A stretch of DNA of 64,000 nt from Auanema rhodensis. Taxonomy: Eukaryota; Animalia; Nematoda. How positions within the stretch are numbered: position 1 is the first letter of the stretch; the number at the start of each line of letters is the position of its first letter. The stretch is taken from the NCBI GenBank assembly GCA_964057225.1, contig OZ059900.1, forward strand, positions 7,192,001-7,256,000, in the 5' to 3' direction. The notes under the pieces were generated by a model. It had not been told where the DNA came from and made no database searches. It saw nothing but the letters and a program-made list of their open reading frames with translations. Of this stretch, positions 1 through 16,994 are shown one piece after another. A program made the translations under genes and the position numbers.

Positions 1-3000
1 TATTACGTTATTGCATTACTTCGATTAGGAAACCTTGTGTTTCTAAAAAAAGTAGTTATTACGGCCGCCTTTTGCAATAAACTGATACCACTTGCGATGA
101 TATCATTGAATTCTAATATGTAAGACAATACAGAAAATATTATACCATTCTGAATACTGATTAATTTCATAACTACGATAATATCATAATATGAGCGATC
201 TTGTTACTTATCTTTTTCGTTTTTATCATAGATTAAAATGTTTCAGGAAATGACGACAGGGCTGTAAAAATCATAAATTTTTTAACTCAAAGACGTTTGC
301 TTGTGTCGTTCTTAACTTTATATTCATTCATATCGTCAAATACATCTTATGCCACTTTAAACTGTTCAAAAAGACATAAGCATGACAAAATTAGATGACA
401 TTGACAGATAAACAAAGTTTTCAAGCATTTTTGTGAACATTTCATTCCAAAACTCAAACTTTTATTTATTATTGTGAATCAAAATTTCTGGATAAGTAGC
501 TGCTATTAATCATTATTTACAACAAACTTTTATTTATTGCAACATAATTTTTAAGTATATTTTTATATATAGTATTATTAATAATATAGATCAGATATAA
601 ATGCATAATATATGTATATTTATTTATCTTAAGAGCTTTGCAAAGATCTATAATCCACATGTCGCATTTGTCTTTAGTGAGATAATTCTTTAAGGCGATC
701 AGTAGCGCTAGGTACCACTTCCTTTGTCAAGCCATTGTTCTCTTTTCTTCTATCATTTAACACTTCATGCTATTTGTTTTTACGGACGTTGTTTTATGTT
801 TATTATGATACGTTTTGTGTTACAAAAAAATCTTTTGATAAGATTTATTTATTTAATGTAACTTTATTAAAAACTTTGAGTCTGATACATAATATATTAG
901 TTTTAAACATAAAAATTGATAGTATATAATACAAATCATTCTTTTCATTATACAATATTTGAACTTCATTTTGATATAATATTTTTTCAATGACTAAATT
1001 CAAGTAAATACCATATATCAATCATAACAGAAAATAATGCAATTGCAGTATAAGAATCACACACAAAGTTTACAATAAATACTTCTACTTTTATTTTATG
1101 CTGAATTTCGTTTCAAGAATAATTGGACCAATAGGCTTTTTTTTTAAACTATTTCTTTTTTTCTACCACTTGTTCTTTCAATAATTTTTTTTGAATATTC
1201 ATAATGAAATCTAGTGAAAGTGTAATAACAATTTTCTTTCATTTTTTTACTAATACAGTAATCTTCTCATTTAATTTTCAATTTTTTTCCTAATACTCGT
1301 TTTCTTTTAATGTCCTTGGATTGATCTTGTGAGTATAAATTGTGTTTTTTTAACAAAAGGCAAATTTAATATTCTTCCTCGCGTATTTTTCATGAAATAG
1401 CTCATTACTTAATGCTCAGTCTCTATTATTCACTTTATTCTTCATGTCTTTGAGCTCTAAGCGCTATCGTTCTTTTTATCGGATCTGCCCTATTAAGCTT
1501 TGATCTCTTTTCACAAGTATTCTATGTCGCTTGTTGGAAAAGCTATTATCTAATTGAACGCGCTATATTATTTTCGTTGTCCATTAAGTATTTTTAAAAA
1601 AAAATTAGTTTGTACTCAAGTTCGTTAAAAAATTAGGCTCTCAGTGTATTTTCATCTATTTTTCATCTCACTCTTCACTATCGTATTTCTATTAGAACGC
1701 ATTTTACAGGATTTCGTTTTCTCTCTCTAGGCTGGTCAGAATAGACAACTATTGTTTCTAGCTCATGACTCCGCCTCTTTTCGTGTGTTTCTCATGCCAA
1801 TTGTCAGTATATCGCATAAAGCTACGCTAAGCTCCACCTCCTCTAAAACCATCTAGATTTTCTCCGGTTTAGTATGCCAACTTGGTTCTCTACATCAGCA
1901 GCCATCCTTATAGATTGTCACTCTCATGCTCTTTTCTTTAGTTTAACTCTAAATGAAAACTTACTTGCTATCAAAATGCTCATCTTATTTTTAACCTCGC
2001 TGTCTTTTCTCGAAGAAAGATACAGCGATCAGGTTTTATATATTGAACTTTTCACAACTTCTCACAGCTTCTCACAATTATGAAGTTTTCGATTATGCAT
2101 GAAGAACAGGAGGATAACTGAGCTATTAAGGTATGTATACTTTCTCTATATTATGACAAGAAATGACAAATTTCGAGTTAAGTCAAACCAAGAAAAATAA
2201 GAAGACATGAAATTTTGAATTTTAAAAAGGAAGAACGAAAATGAACTTCGTAAAATATATTAAAAGAGCCAATTTCGATAAAAGCTTTAAATTCAAGTAT
2301 ACAGTATTGAAATTGTATACATATTTATTACGCATATTTTATAAAACATCTATTGTTTTTTAAACTTACTGAAACACATATTTTACAATAGTTTTATGTT
2401 CCTAACGCTTGAGCTTTCCCTAAGACTCTCTACCGTATATCTTCCCACTTTTGATGGTAAAAAAAAATAAAACAAACGCATTACTCAAAACGAAAACCTA
2501 AAATCATTTTTTCTTTTTGAATGGTTTTCAATAATGTGACAGATGTGATCACAGAACGCAATTTCAAGTCACACGTCATGGAACATTCTTTATAGTTTTT
2601 ATGAGAAAAACTGGAAACTCGGCAAAATTATAATTTTTTGAAAACTTATTATACATAAATAATATTAAAACAATGAGGAATCATAATTGTACGAGGAAGC
2701 AGAACGTATTAGTGATACTCAATATCCTGCAACTTCAACTTATTAATTCAAAGTAAATCTACTATAAATTCTTGAAAAAGAACTGTTGAACGGATATGTT
2801 CGAGAGTTTAACTCTTGATTTTCACTCAGTTTAGATTTGATTCTGGAATACAGAAATACTGTGAAATTTCAAAAATTAGAGAAACAAGAAATTTGTATAA
2901 TTTACTAGAAATTGTCTTCACATTTTATTTTATGCGATTCTAAGCTTTCTCAACTTCGGGTTCAAGAAATAGATACATCAGTTTAGGCTAATAGAATGCT

Positions 3001-5048
3001 GCTATTAGTATGCTAATATAATTTCAAATCCTCCATTGTTTTTCAATTTTCTACGCGTGTTATAGTAATATTTCATCTTACAACATCTAATCAATTCTTC
3101 GAAATTAAATATAAAAAGGAATATAAGTTATTTATTCACATGCCAATTTGTGATCGTCATGTGATTCGACGTTGAAACGTGGTTTTAAAGTTTGGCAAGC
3201 AATATTTCTTTCAACTCTGTGAAGAAGACAAAGATCGGGCATACAAATATATCAAAAATGCTGCTTTCAATTTTACTGCTTTTGTTTTATAAACTATTGT
3301 TAGCTTCTTTTTTCACACACAAACCTATTACGATATACCCCCAATTATAAACCAATATTGTTCTAATATTCGTGGATATTAAACAATTTTAGCGATCTTT
3401 TGAACATTGATTCGAAAAGAGTTAAAGCTTGAATAAAAATAGTATTTTCTATAAAAATCTTGAAGAATTCTTCAATTGGCATTTAGCTATTTGGATTGTA
3501 TCTGACAAGACCAGTTTATGGAGTTCTACTTTTTTTTGTTAGACATTATTAAAAAAATTTGAACTTTTTTTCTGAAAAATAATTGATATTATTTCATGCA
3601 AGAAGATATGGCTGCATGAGATATTATGCAATATAACCATATCCTTTGCTCCTATTAGACCCTAGAATAAACTTCGAATCTTTTTAGGAGAAGCAAAAAG
3701 TAATGGAGGTGTGTTATCAGCTCAGCCGTTTAAATGATCCTGTTTTTCTTCCTTTGTACAATACCTAAAAACTTTAAACATTTGATCGACAACAGCTCTC
3801 ATGGAACCAGTCAATCCGTGGATATTCAATCAAAAATTGTTAAACGGTATAGAATTGCTTGTTACAATCTAGCGAGGATTAGAAGGTTAGTCAATTAATT
3901 CTGAAAACACATTAAATTAAGAAAAATGTGAAGCTTTTTGTTTATTTTTTTGCTACTCTAAAAACAAGGAGCTCTATCGAGTGCCTCGAAAATCAGTTTA
4001 ATATTGTGAAAAGTACATAGCTAGTATGAAACGCACGGATATTCTAATGTCACACGAAAAATACGCAACATTCGATTGAACAACTACTTCAAAAAATTTT
4101 TTTGATCAAAAGCGGTTGCTTCTCTAATCTTTATGGCATTTTATTCTTATTGCTGTGCAATCATGATTGATAACAAAACTGTTTTGAACAAAATAATGTA
4201 AGAGCGGAACATATTTCATGATATCATATAGCAATAAGAATAATATGAAATAGAAAGAAATCAGCATCGCATACAGATTTTCTTCACAATTTGATCGCAC
4301 AAACAAACTGTTTTATGCGTGCGATAAGATGTCTGAATGTTGCATTTTAATAATAACTGGATGCGGTGATGTAAGTTTGATACACTGGAACGATAATGCC
4401 AACAAAAATGCACCATTTTTTGTGAGTTCCGTCTTGAGACAAAAAACTGAATTCTAAATACTGTTACAGAGTGTAATTTGAAAGACAGTTAATTTGTTGA
4501 TCAAGAATTAGAACAGAGAAAACAATTTTGGTTTAGCTCATTTTAAAAAATGCAAATTGAGATTTTCGTAGAAATCATTTTCTTTTCGTTAAGCCTGGGC
4601 AATATTAACTCAAATAAAACAAACATGACAAACTTGAGACAATATAAAAATCAGACAAAGTAGGAATATCCATGTTCTTCTTTATCACTAACGTATTTTC
4701 GAAATGAAAAATAGAAAGAGATACTATATTGATAACAGTTTGTCTTGATATGCATAAAAATCAATAAAAAACATGGTCTTTTGCAACATTGTGAATTTCT
4801 CGCAAATATTTGATGCATATTTTTCTGACCATGTACATATCTTGCTTGTCCATTTCTCTTATACGCAGGTGTATGTGTGTGTTGAAGGGGTATTTCAGTT
4901 CACATGTGCAAATATCATGTATCAAGCATTTTGTAAAATACAATGACTAGTCAAAACGACAGATGAGAAGAAGTGGATCATTATTGTAACCGATAGGTAC
5001 GATATATATGTATAATAGATAGATAGCTTCACCTCCATATAGTTTTTG

Positions 5049-5068
5049 ATATATATATATATATATAT
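5049..5068. repeat. (AT)n microsatellite
   Basis: About 10 AT units. Confidence 0.9.
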
Positions 5069-7337
5069 TGTACATGTGAGCTCCGTTTTTTTACGATTCA
5101 AACAATTGCATCTCATTCATATTAATTTTTTTCCTTACTCATTTACTTGAAGCCTTGGTAATAGTACCCGTTGTTTGGCACGTAACCTAGCTGGTACTCT
5201 ATATTTTATATAAAAAATCAGCAGAATGAAGAAAAAATAGGAGAAATGCTTTTATTAAAATGCCACAATATGTACCATTTTTGTGACATCTATAACATGA
5301 GCTTTCCAACTAACAATTGCCAATAGCAACGCATCATTTTGTTCCTGAAAAAAAAGAAAATAAATAATGGCAGCTTCAAAATTGATTCTATTTTTTCTCT
5401 TTTCTTTGTTATAGTTTTTATATAATTATTGTTTTTCTCAGACAGTTTCACATAACGAAAAGAAAAATGAAATATTCAATGCTTTTTTGATATATCGAGT
5501 TTTTCTATTGTTTAAACTGTTTTTTTTTCATTTTCTGATATAAGAAAATGGTTTCATCAATATTTATATAATAACCAATAATTAGTGAACGATTTAAAAC
5601 GTTTGGTATTGCCAATTCATATAACAATTTTGTTGTGACCTGTCTAATCAATTGTCAGAAATCGCGCAGCAACATATTCAGTTCAATTCTTTCACTTAGT
5701 CTTTTTCTTCTGATATCTGTTATAGTGGGTTTTTCCGATTAGAATAGTTGAAAACACGAGGACGCTAGAGATGAAACAAAGAAAATAATAGAACTAAAAA
5801 ATTTATAACATACAAAAATTATGTTTCTTTGAATATTACAGAGGTGGGTTTATGTTTTCTGTATTTAGCCTTTTATTCCGATTATACTTGAGTTTAATTT
5901 AATACCTGCGTACAAAAATCATACCGCTGCTGCAATTGACACCGTGATCATTTAATTATAATATGTTAATCATATCCTTTATTAGCAATGAATGATATAA
6001 ATTAAGTAGGATAAGTTCGGAAGAATAGCCAAGAAATTTTCATCATTTTATACAACTTTAATATGTATTTTTGGTATCTACGCCACAATCTATTTTATTT
6101 CATGTAATAAATGCTGGTAGATACATTTTCTCAATAAGACTGCTAAATCTCAAAAATAACTGATATTTAAATTTTTCTTGTTTATTTTTTTTCGTGTTCG
6201 ATATGGCATTTGTCTATAATATGACATGACCTAATCCATCAATAACTCTAAAAAATAAATCGAAAATTGCCCAACATAACATATATGATAATAAATAGAA
6301 AGAAATATCTGCTAACTATTCTATCGCTTTTGCAACATAGAGTAATATTTATACATTCTTATGTCATTATCCATTTTTTGATGGTTTTTTTTTTCATTGG
6401 AATAATCTTTGATGCAATCTGCCATTAGTCTCAACGCTTTCTATTATATTTTATTCAATTAAAAAACCTGCTTGAAAATACTAATTGCTTCTCCATAAAT
6501 ACATCAGTTCTGGTTTTCTATTTCTATTCATCAAAAAGTAAGTATATTTGAGAAATGGTTTCAATAGCTTACTATAAAAGCACAAAAGCTTCATTCTATG
6601 AAAATCAATAAGGAAACTTTATTAGAAGTATGAATGATTTTTCTAAATCTCATAAAACTAGAACAATGGAAAAAAAATTAGTTAATACAAATCATTTAAT
6701 GTAAATTGATAAATGTAAATTGAAATGAGATGTATTTTGAAACGTTCTATTTTAAGCTTGTTTGTAGAAAATTTTCTTTCCACTATTACAAAATTTTATT
6801 TATTAGAAAAACTTTCATTAGAAGATTGAAATAGATTGTTGTACTTTGTGAGTATTGAACTACAATTAAAAGAATCCAAAATGCAGTCTGTATAACAATT
6901 CGCATCTTCACCTCATCGGAACCCATCTAGAAAATATTTCTATAACACCGGTTTTGAAACAAATTGCGGTTAAGACTTCTTTTCTTTTCAAATTGCGACG
7001 GTGATTCACTAAAGTGCGTTTTTTCCTACTTAACACTATATTTTTACCTCAGTAATATCTGTATAATCCATTTTATATAGTATCTATATTTTTGTTAAAT
7101 ATTTTTTTTATCTCTTATTCTCTTCGTTTATTTCAATCTCACAAGTTTCCGTAGCTGTTGGTCTGCTGATCTTGTGTCAAGCTGCTTGTCCTCTTAGATT
7201 GTGCCGTCTACACTTCGAATATTTACACTTTGCTTCATGTGCTCCGCTTCTCGACCTCTTTTCATCATTATCTACTTTCGTAGCTAAAAGAAATAGTCGC
7301 CCTCTTCATATATTCGTCTCGCCATTCTTATAGATTT

Positions 7338-7338
<1 letters not shown>

Positions 7339-7402
<64 letters not shown>
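7339..7402. repeat. (CT)n microsatellite
   Basis: About 32 CT units with two interruptions. Confidence 0.95.
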
Positions 7403-7406
<4 letters not shown>

Positions 7407-7753
7407 AGTATTCTCTTTGTGAATCAGATGCAATAATGAATTGTCCTCAACACACGCTGTTTTTTTACATACAATCAGCCCTTTTTAAAAATACAGTTCT
7501 CATTTCAATACAATCTTGTGATTGTGATCTGTTTCAAATTCTTTCAGATTGCATATATAAATAACTTATATTGTTAACGTACTTCGACTTTTTACTTTAA
7601 TAAGTATTGAATTTTGTCTTTTCGATATCTAAAGCATGGTTCTACTATTTCTATACGTTTGAATTTATTCTGCTTGCGGACATTTGAAAAAAATTTCTCA
7701 TCACTGGAGTTCTTTCTCTAGTTCTTATTTGTTTTCAATTATCATATCATATA

Positions 7754-7755
<2 letters not shown>

Positions 7756-7819
<64 letters not shown>
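7756..7819. repeat. (TA)n microsatellite
   Basis: About 32 uninterrupted TA units. Confidence 0.95.
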
Positions 7820-7825
<6 letters not shown>

Positions 7826-8042
7826 AGAGTCAGCTGTCTCGCTGTAAAAAATATTCTAGAATTGGTGATGAAAAAATGAATGCAGAAATTTATTGAAATA
7901 TAACTACCATTTGATCAATAACTTTTATATGGTGAATTGGCTTACAGACGTTTCTTGAAGCTTGCACATAAAACAGCACCCAAACGGTAGCTAATTAGAT
8001 TTTTGCTTCTGTCAAGTAGTTGTAGCGTTTCGTGGCCTGTCC

Positions 8043-8267
8043 TTATCTCTTAAAGTCTTTCACTTGTCTCATAATTGCCGAGCTGAATTTCTGTACTTGA
8101 AGATCGTCAACATCTCGTAAGCAAAAGAAAAGAAAAGAAGATGATATAGCACAAAAGATAATGAAAAAAATAAAAGATAACCTCGGTATTCTCTGACTGA
8201 ATGGTGAAATGATAATTAATAAAATAGAGAATAATATTAATATTAATCTAAGTAATTCCATCTCCAT
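8043..8267 (-). CDS. Possible small single-exon membrane protein (74 aa, two hydrophobic segments and a charged C-tail), divergent from the MRP gene
   Basis: True ATG start, two hydrophobic stretches separated by QRIPR, and a protein-like tail RDVDDLQVQKFSSAIMRQVKDFKR. A minus-strand AATAAA lies at 7889-7894, about 150 nt past the stop. No homolog recognised, and F/I/L richness can arise by chance in AT-rich DNA. Confidence 0.3.
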   Translation of the reverse strand: MEMELLRLILILFSILLIIISPFSQRIPRLSFIFFIIFCAISSSFLFFCLRDVDDLQVQKFSSAIMRQVKDFKR

Positions 8268-8587
8268 TAAATAAAAATGTTGCTCGACAATTTGCCAAAA
8301 CGCTTATTCAAACTAAATAAATAAATAAAAAAGAATAAAGAAAGTTTGAAAGCGTTTCAGATTTGAGATTTCACAATATTATTTGTTCATGTTTCCTAAT
8401 CTCATTATTCTAAATATCAATTCAAATCAGAAAAATGTTAGAGATGGTTTTGTACGTAAACAAGGAAATTTTTTGATTTTCATTTCGAATATGGTATTTA
8501 GCGCCTTTTAACAATAATGATTATTGTATTTTTATAAAAATTATAGACAGATTAAAAAGATTTATCATCATTAATTTTTATTAAAAA

Positions 8588-8626
8588 TCTATCTATATAT
8601 ATATATATATATATCTATATATATAT
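8588..8626. repeat. Interrupted (TA)n/(TCTA) microsatellite
   Basis: tctatctatatat...atctatatatatat. Confidence 0.85.
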
Positions 8627-9092
8627 TTATTATAATATTATGGAATGATTTTGCCTAAGCCCAGCATTGGTAAATGTTTTAAATAAACTATATAATTTTC
8701 AATAAAAAACTATTTTGTTTTCTGTATTGTAAAGTTTTCACCATTAGATATGCTGGGATATAATCGTTTTATCTTTTTCTTTCTCATTGATTGTTAAATT
8801 TTTGGCTATCATTAACCAGGAATATGAATGAAAAAAATGTTGCTTTTTACATTTTTTTTAATTGATCACTTATCTCATTTGTTGAGACAATGTGTGTATT
8901 GGTTTACAATTTAGATTATATATGAAGTTTATGATATGTGATAAGTATGAATATGTATTTCGCTATAACTTTTTTTTTTGCATTTTTACTTTTTTTAGCA
9001 TGTCCGTTTTTGTGGTTTATATTTTTATATGATTGAACTTAGATTGTCAAATTCGAACTTGGTTACATGGCCATTTGCTGTTAACGGTAATA

Positions 9093-16076
<6,984 letters not shown>

Positions 16077-16649
16077 GCAAACTTCGACCAATTCAACCTT
16101 GTTACGGAATAGCTTTTATTCATTCTGAATGTTTCATTTATTCAATACCGAACGTATGTTACGTTTCGGTTTTAGAGTTTTCTTAATGCTTTCAGCTTGC
16201 CAATCTTACTAATCCAAATATAATTCATTTCAAATGTTGACAACTTTTTTTAAAATTGAGTTTATTATCTGGCTATATGCTCATATGCCTAGTTGCTGGA
16301 GCATTACAAATGTTAAACTTTCTACTTTTGAATTTAACAGCATACAAAAACAAAAGTAGTCCCCTTTATTACATTTTTTCACAAGTAGATACCTATATCA
16401 AACAATTTCCTTCTTCGCGATTATGAACAAATATTAACCCTGTTATTAATTAATAGTTCTTACCTGGATAATAAGCTTAAACGAGAAAAAATTGTTATAT
16501 TATTCACTATTATTTTTCTTATACGTGTTAGTGGATTAACATTCACTATAATTAATTATTCAATTACTGTTGAATTGTAGTTTGAACATGCACTCTAGCT
16601 TTGCTGATAAATACGCTTTTAAAACAATGTGATCGGGAAAAACATAGCA

Positions 16650-16994
16650 ACGTTTTCACGATATTCATAAAAACGGATTACAGAAATGATATCGATTATT
16701 CTGAATTTCGAAAGGAGAAACGTTTGAAATTCCGTAATTTGAAGCAATGAAATCAAACGTCACACATATTTGTAAAATTTTGATCACTGCAAAATTTTTC
16801 TTTTCGATCTAACTCTGCGAAAATAAGACCATTTGCAAGTGTTTTGCTCAAAAATTGATTCGATGAATAATTTTTAATTAACTTATAATTTCCACAGTTT
16901 TCAGTTCAAAAATACATATATAACGGTTTTATAAAGATACTCTTTGAAGTAAAAAGATGAAACTCGAGAATGGGATACTTCAACAATGTTTGTA
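16650..16994. repeat. Decayed satellite-related sequence at the array edge
   Basis: Patches resembling the monomer: 16652 ttttcacgatattcataaaaacggatt ~ ttttgcacgaatatcaaaactgatt; 16775 aaattttgatcactgcaaaatttttctt ~ aacttttgatcttaagcatatttttttctt; 16842 ttttgctcaaaa; 16935-16970 agatactctttgaag...tgaaactcgag ~ gatcagaccctttgaga...tgaaattcagg. Confidence 0.55.

Noticed and set aside
735-5116. Short ORFs 735-929, 1874-2083, 4124-4306, 4761-4943, 4922-5116
   Set aside because: Low-complexity F/I/L/Y/K translations typical of AT-rich non-coding DNA, several with non-ATG starts or spanning a microsatellite, and no consistent exon chain.
1633-8661. Isolated TTAGGC/GCCTAA hexamers (1633, 2983, 8653)
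   Set aside because: Single units are expected by chance; there is no tandem telomeric tract.
16774-16798. Inverted repeat AAAATTTTG-N7-CAAAATTTT near the array edge
   Set aside because: Low information content, and it lies within decayed satellite-like sequence.
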